Origin: Macrostomum lignano
Lineage: Eukaryota
Assembly (NCBI GenBank): GCA_002269645.1
Contig: NIVC01000955.1
Span: 62,001-126,000, forward strand
Direction of reading: 5' to 3'
Length of the DNA: 64,000 nt
Shown here: piece after piece, positions 38,241-53,289 of the stretch
How the letters are laid out: each line of letters starts with the position of its first letter
Position numbering within the stretch: position 1 is the first letter of the stretch
The notes under the pieces: generated by a model
What the model was told of the DNA's origin: nothing
The model's input: the letters and a program-made list of their open reading frames with translations, nothing else
Database searches by the model: none
Translations under genes and position numbers: made by a program

Positions 38241-39212
38241 GATCGAGCCGAGCCATTTTGAAACAACCAACTCGTAGCTTACTAGAAAGATCTCCAGGGC
38301 ACCCCAAAAAAGTTCTAATTTAAGATTCCACTTTTAAACACCAATTTGCATTCAGTAAACAAGGCATAAGCGTTACAATAAAGTGTGTATCAAACATATT
38401 AAAGGCAGTCAGTCACCTCTCTGCATCAGTCAGGCCTGTTAACAATTTGCTATTGGGCATAATTTCGGGGCAAATTCGATCCATGCGAATACGCGAAAGG
38501 ACACAAGAAATATAGAAGCAACATCATCAGCAGCAGCAGCAGCAGCAAAGAGCCGGCAAATGTCGCTTTGCTCTTAGACAGACGACTAATTGGAATGGGG
38601 AAAAAGTTGGGGCGAAAAAGTTAACGAGGGTTAGCGGTAAGGGACGGTTTTGCGACGCCATGGGGGGAGCCCACCCATATGCGGAAGAGGAGAAAAGCTG
38701 CTATGGGGGGGGGAGCCGGCCGGCGTGCTGGTTAAAGTAACCGAAAACTGCGCGTTGGAATTAAACCTACAACACCGTCACAACATGGGCCATGGATATA
38801 AGCTCTGAATTTTCGATTGCGCAGTTTCAGGCAGTCTGTTTTTTAATAGGATTCTTGTCTTTAGATAGACTTTCGGCGCCACTTCAGACATCAGTTTTGG
38901 CGCCATTCTTTAATTCATTTTAGCGCCGATTTCAAATTCATCTTAAGCGCAGATTTAAAATTTATTTTTAGCGCCGATTTTTTAAATTCATTTTTAGCGC
39001 CGATTTTTTAATTCATTTTAGCGCCGATTTTAAATTCATTTTAGCGCCGATTTCAAATTCATTTTTAGCGCCGATTTCTTAAATTCATTTTAGTGCCATT
39101 TTTGAGGGCATATTTCAAATCTCCTTTAAAACTTGATAAAATAAACTTTGGTTATTGTTTGGCTTTTAGATGGCACTTCGACGCCTCCTCTGAAGTCCAT
39201 TTTGGCGCCCAC

Positions 39213-39459
39213 TAGGGGGCGTCGCCATGAATTTATGGTGGGGGGGGGGACGAAGCCAAGAATTCTGCATAACTAAATTCCTATTTTGAGAATATGTGCT
39301 GTTAGCGCTCACTTTGGCCGTCTGATGCAAAATTATTGATTTCTACAAGGGGTAACAAGGTGGGGTGGGGGGACAAAGCATTGGCATGTCCCTCCTATAG
39401 CTTCTACTAAGGGGACATGCCCCCCCTGTCCCCCCGTTGGCCCGGTGGCGACGCCTCTG
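39213..39459. mobile_element. MITE with short TIRs inserted in the first unit of the 24-bp array
   Basis: TAGGGGGCGTCGCC ... GGCGACGCCTCTG; 8-bp TSD GCGCCCAC on both sides. Confidence 0.75.
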
Positions 39460-40755
39460 GCGCCCACTCTGAGGTCCACCTTGGCGCCCATTTGAGGTCC
39501 ACCTTGGCGCCCCTCTGAGATCCACCTTAGCGCCCCTCTGAGGTCCACCTTGGCGCCCACTCTGAGGTCCACCTTGGCGCCCACTCTGAGGTCCACCTTG
39601 GCGCCCACTCTGAGGTCCACCTTGGCGCCCACTCTGAGCTCCACCTTGGCGCCCACTCTGAGATCCACCTTGGCGCCCCTCTGAGATCCACCTTAGCGCC
39701 CCTCTGAGGTCCACCTTGGCGCCCACTCTGAGATCCACCTTGGCGCCCACTCTGAGGTCCACCTTGGCGCCCACTCTGAGGTCCACCTTGGCGCCCACTC
39801 TGAGGTCCACCTTGGCGCCCCTCTGAGATCCACCTTAGCGCCCCTCTGAGGTCCACCTTGGCGCCCACTCTGAGCTCCACCTTGGCGCCCACTCTGAGCT
39901 CCACCTTGGCGCCCACTCTGAGCTCCACCTTGGCGCCCACTCTGAGCTCCACCTTGGCGCCCACTCTGAGATCCACCTTGGCGCCCTTCTGAGATCCACC
40001 TTAGCGCCCACTCTGAGGTCCACCTTGGCGCCCACTCTGAGGTCCACCTTGGCGCCCACTCTGAGATCCACCTTGGCGCCCACTCTGAGGTCCACCTTGG
40101 CGCCCACTCTGAGGTCCACCTTGGCGCCCACTCTGAGGTCCACCTTGGCGCCCCTCTGAGATCCACCTTAGCGCCCCTCTGAGGTCCACCTTGGCGCCCA
40201 CTCTGAGCTCCACCTTGGCGCCCACTCTGAGGTCCACCTTGGCGCCCACTCTGAGGTCCACCTTGGCGCCCACTCTGAGGTCCACCTTGGCGCCCCTCTG
40301 AGATCCACCTTAGCGCTCCTCTGAGGTCCACCTTGGCGCCCACTCTGAGCTCCACCTTGGCGCCCACTCTGAGCTCCACCTTGGCGCCCACTCTGAGCTC
40401 CACCTTGGCGCCCACTCTGAGCTCCACCTTGGCGCCCACTCTGAGATCCACCTTGGCGCCCTTCTGAGATCCACCTTAGCGCCCACTCTGAGGTCCACCT
40501 TGGCGCCCACTCTGAGGTCCACCTTGGCGCCCACTCTGAGATCCACCTTGGCGCCCACTCTGAGGTCCACCTTGGCGCCCACTCTGAGGTCCACCTTGGC
40601 GCCCACTCTGAGGTCCACCTTGGCGCCCCTCTGAGATCCACCTTAGCGCCCCTCTGAGGTCCACCTTGGCGCCCACTCTAAGCTCCACCTTGGCGCCCAC
40701 TCTGAGCTCCACCTTGGCGCCCACTCTGAGCTCCACCTTGGCGCCCACTCTGAGG
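39460..40755. repeat. 23-24 bp minisatellite (GGCGCCCACTCTGAGGTCCACCTT) with a 475-bp higher-order period
   Basis: The variant order repeats at an offset of 475 bp (for example 39835-40143 versus 40310-40618). Confidence 0.96.
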
Positions 40756-41499
40756 TAGACCGTTCGCTCACCAGACTAGAAAAATTCCCTTTCACAACAC
40801 GGAATTGTCAGTAAAGTGAAAAAACTTGATGAAATTAATAGAATTTGTTGCATTTTAAAAAAATCCCATTGAAATAAAAAATGGGCACACAGAAAAACCA
40901 GGGGATCAAACCCAATCCTTTCATCCAGTTGACCCACTTCCGTTTGCAGCAACAAATTTAATAAAAAATTTAGGCAGATCTGAAACCCCGTCTAGTTGAA
41001 AAGCATGCTGAAATAGCTACCATATATTTTACAACTCATTGTTTCATTCCTCCAACCTAAACTATCCGCAGAATCTGGTCCTAAGACGCGTTTCCTGCAA
41101 TTTCGGTTATGCCGAGAGACGGCTTCAAGGGAAACAGGGGGAGCTGAAGGAAGGAAAGGAGGTATGTAAAAAAAGCAAGTCTTTTGGAATTGGATGCATT
41201 AACAATACCAGAATGGATAAAAAACGTATGGCTTGAGCGCGTATTTTTTCATTATAACATTGCCACATGTTACCCGACGGACTCCATCCTTATTGAGGCT
41301 GATTTTGTTTATTTAAGCTAAAAGGAAGCCACCGTCTGCTGCCTATATGACTTTTAGCTCGGCTTTTAACTCTGAGAATCGGGTTAATTCTTCTTAATTG
41401 TGTGCTAGAAAGTCAAACAAATATTATATTTGCTTTGGATGCTGGACACGTGTGTTTTCTCACTGAGGGTGATGGTGTAATTCTGAAATTTAGATAAAC

Positions 41500-41895
41500 T
41501 AGTCAGTCAGTCAGTCAGTCAGTCAGTCAGTCAGTCAGTCAGTCAGTCAGTCAGTCAGTCAGTCAGTCAGTCAGTCAGTCAGTCAGTCAGTCAGTCAGTC
41601 AGTCAGTCAGTCAGTCAGTCAGTCAGTCAGTCAGCCAGTCAGTCAGTCAGTCAGTCAGTCAGTCAGTCAGTCAGTCAGTCAGTCAGTCAGTCAGTCAGTC
41701 AGTCAGTCAGTCAGTCAGTCAGTCAGTCAGTCAGTCAGTCAGTCAGTCAGTCAGTCAGTCAGTCAGTCAGTCAGTCAGTCAGTCAGTCAGTCAGTCAGTC
41801 AGTCAGTCAGTCAGTCAGTCAGTTAGTCAGTCAGTCAGTCAGTCAGTCAGTCAGTCAGTCAGTCGGTCAGTCAGTCAGGCAGTCAGTCAGTCAGG
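41500..41895. repeat. (GTCA)n microsatellite
   Basis: Directly visible. Confidence 0.98.
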
Positions 41896-42614
41896 TTTTA
41901 ATCAAAGCTTTGATCTAAGCCTTTAGTGGTCTGCAAAATAGGAAGGTTGGAGACGGTGCTGCTACGAGGTACTCCAGTTTCTGGCTCTGTAAATCGCCTC
42001 GGTTGAGGCGAGTTGCAGACAGACCCCCTGGCGCCATCGAGTGCCGCTTCTTACACACAGTTGAAAAGTTGCAGAAATCATTTCATATTCTCGAACTGCA
42101 GAGGCGACACTGAGCGGCCGATTTTTCCCACTTTAATCCAGCAATACGCGGAATCGTTTGAAGACTTGTTGCGCATAAGAGGGGGGTGGGTTATACCGTG
42201 GACAATCAACGCTAACACCTAGGCAGGTTAGGGTAGGTGAGACTCTTCTTAATTTTTTGACTTCATTCCCTGCCCAAGTCTATCGTATATAAATGCGAGG
42301 CCAAATAATTCCCCAAAAGCAGACTGGGCGGCGCCTTGCAGCGCGAAATCGATTTCCCTGCTGCGTTGCCCTGCAGCTAACATTGAAAAAATTCTCCCAT
42401 AAGCTGTTGGCGGGCATCGGGATTGGGAGAAAAGGATTCAGCGGTTGATTAAAGCTGGGAAATTGGGGAGAAACTTCCCAGACTGTGAGGGAAGATGGTG
42501 GCCACACTTGGTTCGGGAAATGATGGAATTTGCTTTCGGCAGGAAACTTGATTTTGATTGAGTTTTTTTTTAAATCGGATTTAAGAAGCATGGGAATTTT
42601 GAGGTAGGACCAGT

Positions 42615-43270
42615 TTGGGGTTCGGTGAAACTGTGATTGGTGAAGATTTGGTTCGGTGAAACTGTGATTGGTGAAGATTTGGTTCGGTGAAACTGTGATT
42701 GGTGAAGATTTGGTTCGGTGAAACTGTGATTGGTGAAGATTTGGTTCGGTGAAACTGTGATTGGTGAAGATTTGGTTCGGTGAAACTGTGATTGGTGAAG
42801 ATTTGGTTCGGTGAAACTGTGATTGGTGAAGATTTGGTTCGGTGAAACTGTGATTGGTGAAGATTTGGTTCGGTGAAACTGTGATTGGTGAAGATTTGGT
42901 TCGGTGAAACTGTGATTGGTGAAGATTTGGTTCGGTGAAACTGTGATTGGTGAAGATTTGGTTCGGTGAAACTGTGATTGGTGAAGATTTGGTTCGGTGA
43001 AACTGTGATTGGTGAAGATTTGGTTCGGTGAAACTGTGATTGGTGAAGATTTGGTTCGGTGAAACTGTAATTGGTGAAGATTTGGTTCGGTGAAACTGTG
43101 ATTGGTGAAGATTTGGTTCGGTGAAACTGTGATTGGTGAAGATTCGGGTTAGTAAAACTGATTAGTGACGATTCGGGTTAGTGAAACTGTGATTGGTGAA
43201 GATTCGGGTTAGTAAAACTGATTAGTGACGATTCGGGTTAGTGAAACTGTGATTGGTGAAGATTCGGGTT
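42615..43270. repeat. 31-bp minisatellite (GGTTCGGTGAAACTGTGATTGGTGAAGATTT)
   Basis: About 20 copies, degenerating at the right end. Confidence 0.96.
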
Positions 43271-43854
43271 GGTGACACTTTAGATAGGAAAGTTAGATTT
43301 AAGAAATGGTCAGTGAAATAGAAATGACATATATCTGCAGAAAAAGTGCAGAAGCAGAAAGCTCCCACTGAATAAAGAAAAGTCAGTCATCGCTAGTGAA
43401 GTGGCACTGGAACACCTTGTATTCAGCACATTTAAGCTAACAAGTTGTAGAAATTAAAAAAATCATCTCATCTCTAAAACTATACAAGGCATTGCCCTAC
43501 TCGACAAATATGGATTGTCAATTATAAGAAGGCCATTAACGGATGCTGAGGATTTCCAAACGCCAGTCCAGTTGGTTGTTTAGCACGTCAATCAATCAAT
43601 GAGTGCGTGGATAATTGGGGGGAATACTGCTACAGGTTGGTAAATTCTTTAGGGAAAAAAAATGGCACTTGGATGTTTTTCTTATGACAGCTAAACCCAG
43701 CTAATGGGGCTTGCAGTGCGTTTGATAAAAAAATCCTATAAAATAAAAGACAATTACCTGTCATTATGGTAATGTGACTGACTGCATTAGCAGAAAGGGC
43801 AAGTCTCTAAGTTAATAGTTCTATAGACTCAGAAATGATCGCTAGATATAGAAT

Positions 43855-44390
43855 TGTCGCCCTAAAATATTTAGATTTGGCGCCCTAAAATATTTAGATT
43901 TGGCGCCCTACAATATTTAGATTTGGCGCCCTACAGTATTTAGATTTGGCGCCCTACAATATTTAGATTTGGCGCCCTACAGTATTTAGATTTGGCGCCC
44001 TACAGTATTTAAATTTGGCGCCCTACAGTATTTAGATTTGGCGCCCTAAAAATATTTAGATTTAACGCCCTACAATATTTAGATTTGGCGCCCTACAGTA
44101 TTTAGATTTGGCGCCCTACAGTATTTAAATTTGGCGCCCTACAGTATTTAGATTTGGCGCCCTAAAAATATTTAGATTTAACGCCCTACAATATTTAGAT
44201 TTGGCGCCCTACAGTATTTAAATTTGGCGCCCTACAGTATTTAGATTTGGCGCCCTAAAAATATTTAGATTTAACGCCCTACAATATTTAGATTTGGCGC
44301 CCTACAATATTTAGATTTGGCGCCCTACAATATTTAGATTTGGCCCCTTAAAATATTCAGATTTGGCGCCCTACCATATTTAGAATTGGC
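43855..44390. repeat. 23-bp minisatellite (CGCCCTACARTATTTAGATTTGG)
   Basis: About 23 copies; 18 carry an exact TTTGGCGC. Confidence 0.96.
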
Positions 44391-44974
44391 GGTTGTTTAT
44401 ATTCAATTAAAACGCAGCTTGGCATACTTTCAAATAAAATTTTACTCGTTAAAATACGAGTAATTCAGCCAGCACCAATAGGCTACAAATGATTACGTAA
44501 TCAAAAGGTTTGACCCGTAGCGCAACCAATGGGATCGTATGCGGGATTTTTCATAAATTTTCTCATTTCTATTAGGAACAAAATCAATTGGTGATAAAAC
44601 TTCAAGTCCTAAACAGTGAAAGAAAATTAACTGCCTGCATACTCTCTTATTTCTGCTTCTGGTGGCTGTCATGTCTCGATAGAATGAAATCACAAATAAT
44701 TCAAACACATGCAGATTGCGGTGCATATTCTGCTATAATTCGAATAGAAAGAGTTTCAGATTGAATGCAGAAATCCATCCATGCAAGTGGAGAGTGCTAA
44801 ACCAGTTCCAGTTTCAAGACACTGCATGGCTCTGCAGAGAGAGAGAATTAAGTGAAAACAACTGCCTCTGCTGCTGCATAGCGAACTTCTTCATGACTGA
44901 GTTCGTGACTGAAGAAATTCGTGTCTCTCGGCCGGTTTGCCTGACCGCGCACGGAATCGCGCACGGTACTCTGT

Positions 44975-46680
<1,706 letters not shown>

Positions 46681-46833
46681 AAGCACAAGAGAGTCGAACA
46701 CATTCAAATGCTACCATAAAAGTAGAACTCAATCCCAATTTCCAGTGTTGGGCACAGTTAATGACAATTTTAATTTTCTTTTATGGTAAAAGCATTAGCG
46801 CAGATGTGAATTTGAGCACTTGATCATCCAAGT

Positions 46834-46867
<34 letters not shown>

Positions 46868-48661
46868 GGAGAGGGAAGAGTGTTCAGTTCAAGAGACGTG
46901 TGACTCCATAGTCTGATCCTTGTGCCCGCTGCTGCTCTTCCTGCTCTGAATGCTGCATCTCAGCCTCTCCCAGAGCTGAAGCAGCTCCTTAAATCCATGG
47001 CGCAGCAGGGGGGGGGGGGGGCGCTGCGGTTTTCTAAACTGATCCTGAGGAAGTCGCTTCGCTTCTTTGAGGAAAATGCGTCTGAGAGAGGGGGCACTGA
47101 TTGACAGGGTTGTGTGGGGATAGTAGCTACGGAGGCTGTCAATGCGGCCTTCAGGCCTGCTTCATCATACAAAGGTCTGGGACAGAAATGCGGATTATTC
47201 TAAAACTCAGTCATAGGAGGTGGCCTGCAACCCCCAGCCTTGCCCTTAACCGCCTCAAAATCTCGCAGAGGGAATAAAGAATATTTTCAAATCTGTCAGC
47301 ACATGAGGTGGAGACAAAAATACTTTGCCCGGCAGTCTAGAGGTGACGATTATAAGAATTTTTTGCATATTTCCTAATCTTTAGTACAGGCGAAGGTGTA
47401 CAGTCCTAGAAAATTCGGGTTGGCTTTATTTTTAAATAAAGAATTATGATTGAGATTAAGGTTCTGGCCTGATATTCTTTAAGTGTGAAACTCTCAAGGG
47501 TGAGATCTCAAACTGCTGAGAGTCTCAAAGGTGAGATCTCAAGGGAGAGGACTCAAACGGCTGAGATTCTCAAGGGTGAGATCTCAAGGGTGAGATCTCA
47601 AACTGCTGAGGGTCTCAAGGGTGAGATCTCAAGGGAGGGGACTCAAAACATCTCTTTAGAGAGGAGAGGCCGCACCCGAAGCGAAGTGTGTCGCAGTGTT
47701 AGAAAAAAGGGTATTTAATAAACTCAACAAACATGGCTGTTGAATGAAACCATAAATATTACAGCAGCCATATAGTCATGCTCGCTATAGCAACAATAGG
47801 AGCACTTATAATCCGTGCCAAATTAGAATTTGCGCCCGATTCTGGTTGGTTTCCATGATTTACACCTTCGTGACAATAAACCATTGTTTTGGGCATGCGC
47901 GCAGATTATTGCTTAAGTAGCTGCGGTCCACATTTTGATTTGGATTTTATTAATAATCTCTGTTCTCTGAGAGACTTCTTTTTGAAAAAATGGTTTATGA
48001 GCGTATGAGCTGGAGTATGCATTCTTGTGCAACAGTTTGGCATGCAATTTGAAATGCCGACTACAAGAGGGGCGCCAACTGTAGAAGAGGGGCGCCAACT
48101 GTATAAGAGGGGTGCCAACTGTAGAAAAGGGGCGTCAACTCTGTAGAAGAGGGCGCCAACTTCAGAGAAAGGGGAGCCAACTTCAGAGAAAGGGGCGCCA
48201 ACTTCAGAGAAAGTGGTGCGAACTCTTAAATCTTGAAAGGGTACCAACAGAGTAAGTGGCGCCAACTGCGGGGCGCCAAGGGGAGGAAAACGGTCACCGG
48301 CAATACAAGTGGACAATTTTCCCATTAAACTGAGGAGCTCATAACTCAAATGCATGCATTGATAAATGAAAGACAAGCATTCCGTATCTATTTTCCTTAG
48401 CAGATTGATTTGCCTTCAGACTCATCGTATTACATGCTTATCAAAGACGAGTAGGTATAGAAAAAAGCGACATTGCATATTGCTATACACTCACCATTGT
48501 ATGATTTATAGAACAGATGACTATCAGCGCACGCAGAGCATAGCATCAACAAGCATCTCATGTTTTTGTTTCGACCGAATTGAAAGTTAAGTCAGTCAGT
48601 GATACACAATGCTCTATATTGATATTAAACATGTGCGCTATGCTCAATTTGACTGACTCAC

Positions 48662-49432
48662 CTGATGGCAAATCTTGCACTTGAAGCCGCGGAAAGGCGG
48701 TGGCTCAAACGGACCGTGCCCGGCTGCCGCCGCCGCCGCCGCTGCTGCTGTTGCCGGCGAGAGAGCCGAGGTCGACGACGAGGCGGCTGCAGCGGCTGCA
48801 GCGGCAGCGGCGGCAGCGGCTGAGGCGGCCATGGACTTTGTCGGAGTGGCGCAGGCGGAGTCTCCTGCGCCGCCTCCGCTGCCTCCGCTGCCGACGCCTC
48901 CGCCGCGGCTGCCGACGCCAAATGGTGTCATGAAGGGTCCTCCGAGGCAAGCCGCCGCTGCAGCCGACTGCTGCTGCTGTTGCTGTTGCTGTTGATGCTG
49001 TTGATGCTGTTGCTGAAGCTGCTGAAGCTGCTGCTGCTGTTGCTGCTGCAGAGACTGCTCCTGCGGTTCGGACTTCCTCACGCAGCCGGCTGTGGCAGCG
49101 GCAGCCGCGGCGGCGGCGGCAACAGACTCCGAATGATGATGCTGATGCTGGTGCTGGTGATACTGCTGCCTGTGGTGCTCGCTGATGATTGCGCCGGGGT
49201 AGCCAAGGCGGTAAAGATTCTCGAAGTCCGGGGCGGCATGGTGATAGGAGCCCGGGTAGCTCAGCGGCCAGAAAAATGGTGGCGGTGGCGGCGGCGGCTG
49301 GTAACCATGATGAGGCTGCTGAGGCGGAGGCTGCGCGCCCGGCTGATGCAGCTGATGATGCTGCAGCTGATGATGCTGGTGCAGTCGAGTTAAATGCCGA
49401 TCAGCAGGGACAGCGGCGGAGTCAAAGTCCAT
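48662..49432 (-). CDS. ZNF384: ZNF384-family zinc-finger factor, exon 1
   Basis: ATG 49432, 257 codons rich in Q/A/H/P ending FKCKICHQ; donor CAG|GTGAGT in phase 0. Splicing to 33249 gives an exact C-x2-C-x12-H-x4-H finger across the 15.4-kb intron. Confidence 0.88.
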
Positions 49433-49914
49433 TGCGGTGGTTGAATTCGGGATTATTCTACTTTTTTGTCTAAAAACTTTTGTTCGCTTCTGGCCAGCCA
49501 AAGTTGGTAAGCGACAAAATAAATGTGTAAAAAATTGCCAACTTTCTTGCGTTGCAAGTAGGAGCGGCTTTTTTCGGAGCTGGTTCCCGAAAGCTGCTTT
49601 TTCTTCGGGTCTCCGGTTCGAAAGGGGGAGGGGCGGCCTTTTAAAAAAGCGGCTGAGGGCGACCCGGGAGCGGAGGGGAGGGTGGGAGGTGCCGTGCGCG
49701 GGTTGCAAAGTTTTTTTTCACAAAAAAAGAGAGCGGGAGCAGGGATCCCAGGATCCTTTCGAGGGATTGGAGAGAAGAGAGGGAGGCTCAGGGCGGAGCG
49801 CCACCCCCCTCCCAACCTGTCCAATAGGCAGCCTACGAGCCTTTTTATCAAATTCTTTTTCCCCATGAGCTCCAGTTCTACAACAGAAATTGCCTATGAA
49901 TTGGGATCCCAAAT

Positions 49915-50520
49915 CTCTCCCATCTGCCCCCTTTAAACCCCAAGTCTCTCCCATCCGCCCCCTTTAAACCCCAAGTCTCTCCAATCCGCCCCTTTAAACC
50001 TCAAGTCTCTCCCCATCCGCCCCCTTTAAACCCCCAGACTCTCCCCATCCGCCCCTTTAAACCCCAAGTCTCTCCCATCTACCCCTCTACCCCTTTAAAC
50101 CCCAAGTCTCTCCAATCCGCCCCTTTAAACCCCAAGTCTCTCCAATCCGCCCCTTTAAACCTAAAGTCTCTCCCATCCGCCCCTTTAAACCCCAAGTCTC
50201 TCCAATCCACCCCTTAAAAACCCCAAGTCTCTCCAATCCACCCCTTAAAAACCCCAAGTCTCTCCCCATCCGCCCCCTTTAAACCCCCAGACTCTCCCCA
50301 TCCGCCCCTTTAAACCCCAATTCTCTCCCATCCGCCCCCTTTAAACCCCAAGTCTCTCCCATCTACCCCTTTAAACCCCAAGTCTCTCCCATCTACCCCT
50401 TTAAACCCCAAGTCTCTCCAATCCGCCCCCTTTAAACCCCAAGTCTCTCCAATCCACCCCCTTTAAACCCCGATTCTCTCCAATCCGCCCCCTTTAAACC
50501 CCAAGTCTCTCCCCATCCGC
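49915..50520. repeat. About 30-bp C-rich minisatellite upstream of the ZNF start codon
   Basis: Unit TCTCCCCATCCGCCCCTTTAAACCCCAAGTC-like. Confidence 0.95.
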
Positions 50521-50611
50521 CCGCCATCCGTCGATCATCTGTTTATCTTTCAAAACTGCAAATCAACTGCAGTGAAGGCAGCCGACCCGGACCTCACACA
50601 CAAGATCTGTC

Positions 50612-50643
50612 CATGGACAACTAGAGTTCTCTAGTTGTCCATG
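50612..50643. mobile_element. 32-bp palindromic insertion with CATG termini (candidate minimal P-like MITE)
   Basis: CATGGACAACTAGAG-TT-CTCTAGTTGTCCATG, perfect arms; flanked by GATCTGTC / GAACTGTC (8 bp, 1 mismatch). Confidence 0.5.
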
Positions 50644-51469
50644 GAACTGTCCATAGCATTTATTCGTAGTTTTTTTACAACTTACAGGCGCGCAAAACTT
50701 CAAACGCCTACCAGCTGCCGTCACTTATAAAACTTATACAGCCACTGACCAGAGTCCCGATCGCACAATGATGGTGAATGGTCTTCAAGGATGCACTGCA
50801 CACCGCAAGAAGGCGTGGTCTTCGTCCATAGACTCCACACCCCTCGATTAATAAAGGCGGAATCCACAAATGCTATTTATTATGGAAAGGTGTGAAAAAA
50901 AATCCCACACCTCATCCTCATCAAAGAAGGAACTATGCGAGCGAACTAACGGCGTTCTTTTGTTCTTGGAAAAAGCAACTCATGCAAAAAATCGACAATG
51001 CGAAAAGTTGCGAAAAACCCACGCTGAACCGCGCGTGCCAAGCGTGCCGTCTTTGAAGCTGAGGGACTTGACCGTGAGCAAAGAGGAAGTCTGAGTACGT
51101 ACTCAACTGAATATGAAGTTTTTTTAAGTTAAAAAATGCGCCGATCAGACGAGCGAACGTTCTTTAAGGTTATCTATAAAAAATGACAAAAATTGGAAAA
51201 AAGTTTCCCGAATTCGAAGCCATTATTGGTTTCTTTTACTTTGCGTGCACGCCTGGACTGTTCTATTTAAATGTACGCAATAATAGCACTACTCTACTGT
51301 TAGTAAGAGAAATGAAATTTTAACTCTTATTTTATTATTTATATAATTCAGATTTTAGTCCGTCTAATTTCAATATTTGTAACTCCATGTTTTTGCTGAA
51401 AAAGTCTAAAAGAACCCAAGTCTATATAACCTTTAATAGTCTGCAGCCAATTCGTTTATTATATATCCC

Positions 51470-51760
51470 AATGATTCAGTCTATTACCAATTAGTCCAGC
51501 GTATGACTCAATTAGTCCAATCTATGACTCAATTAGTCCAATATATGACTCAATTAGTCCAATCTATGACTGAATTAGTCCAATCTATGACTGAATTAGT
51601 CCAATCTATGACTCAATTAGTCCAATCTATGACTGAATTAGTCCAATCTATGACTCAATTAAGTCCAATCTATGACTCAATTAAGTCCAATCTATGACTC
51701 AATTAGTTCAATCTATGACTCAATTAGTCCAATCTATGACTCAATTAGTCCAATCTAGTC
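51470..51760. repeat. 21-bp minisatellite (ATGACTCAATTAGTCCAATCT)
   Basis: About 13 copies. Confidence 0.95.
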
Positions 51761-52480
51761 CAATGCTAGCGCAGACACCAATCCTTGAGAACTGTGTCAG
51801 CTGTTTTTACAGAAGTCCCCAATGGCATGGCAACCTCAAGGTATGCTCGTAAGTGCTGCTATCTAAAGGCTGAAAAAATTTTTCTAAGAATCGGAAGTGA
51901 AAATCTTCTCTCTCGAGGCGTGCAGTGACAGCTGTATCAGCTTTTTGCCTTAAAAGACCCCCCTCACCCTCTCCCAGATATCGGAGCCAAGGGAGACAGA
52001 AACCTAGAAACTGGAGTGACAACTTCAGGCTGACTTTACTTAATTTTCCCTGACTTCGGTTTTAGAATTTAAAATCTAAATAAATTCTCAATAATACGAG
52101 AAAATAAGTCAAGAAATCAGAACCATTTTGTTCGCCTATATCTTTTTTTCGCGAGATATATCCCAAATATCTGAAATTGGAGCTGCCACTCCAGCTTCTG
52201 GTTTTTCGGCCCTCTTGCCCCAGCGGAATTTCAGAGGAAAAATCCTCTCCTCACTCTTCTCTCTTCCCCTGAATTTGTGTTCCCAACGGTCTGCAGTACG
52301 GATATATATTTGGGATTTTTTGACGATTGTGAAAATTCCCAACTGTCCCCAAGTGCTTTGAGCTTACTTATATGGGAATGAGCCAGCCAATCCCATAAGC
52401 TGGGGTAGGATATCTCTTAATCTTCTCCATTCTTCATTAAAAAGCTGATTCCTAGAAACCAAGTCGAATTCGAGAGAGAT

Positions 52481-52735
52481 ATGACTGATAAATCATTAGC
52501 TGATGATGACTCGGACGAGATCGAATCGATACAGGACTCAAATTTGAGCAGTCGACCAGGATGGAGACGCTACGCGGTGGCTTGGCTGAGCTGCCTGGGA
52601 CTCATGCTTGTCCTGGCCATGCGCTCGGAGATTGGGATCGCCATCATCCAGATGACTAGGAAGGAGACTGAGCGGGTGCCATTCTTCGACTCAAAGAGGA
52701 ACGATACAGAGTACAGGACAGAGATTGTGCAGGAG
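52481..52735 (+). CDS. SLC17 (VGLUT-like) MFS anion transporter, exon 1
   Basis: RRYAVAWLSCLGLMLVLAMRSEIGIAIIQM aligns to VGLUT [29 protein letters not shown]; donor GAG|GTGAGG in phase 0. Confidence 0.85.
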
Positions 52736-53289
52736 GTGAGGCCACTGTGTCAAAATCTGATTGATATACTTGAAGGCCGAGTTTCCGCAAGAAAATCTCA
52801 AATCCTATCTTAATTCACAACTTCATAAAAATCTAAACTCAAATCCCAAATATTTCTAAAATCGCATCTCAAATTCCGAATCCCAATTGTATCATAAAAT
52901 ATCCCATCTCAAAGTCCGAATCCCAATTGTATCATGAGAAATCCCATATCAAAGTCCGAATCCCAATTGTATCATAAAATATCCCATCTCAAAGTCCGAA
53001 TCCCAATTGTATCATGAGAAATCCCATATCAAAGTCCGAATCCCAATTGTATCATAAAATATCCCATCTCAAAGTTTGAATCCAATTGTATCATAAAATA
53101 TCCCATCTCAAAGTCCGAATCCCGATTGCATCATAAAATATCCCATCTCAAAGTCCGAATCCAATCGTATCATAAAATATCCCATCTCAAAGTCCGAATC
53201 CAATCGTATCATAAAATATCCCATCTCAAAGTCCGCATCCCAATTGCATCATGAGAAATCCCATCTCAAAGTCCGAATCCCAATTGTAT

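Noticed and set aside
46870-47170. Coding-looking minus-strand segment with a plausible acceptor inside ZNF intron 1
   Set aside because: Splicing from exon 1 gives an immediate stop, the frame depends on a G-run of uncertain length, and no homology was recognised.
48980-49936. Plus-strand Leu-rich and other ORFs near ZNF exon 1
   Set aside because: Antisense shadows of CAG/GCC codon repeats and GC-rich 5' sequence.
52495-52535. CTGATGA motif as a hammerhead ribozyme core
   Set aside because: Lies within SLC17 coding sequence and lacks the GAAA core and the required helices.
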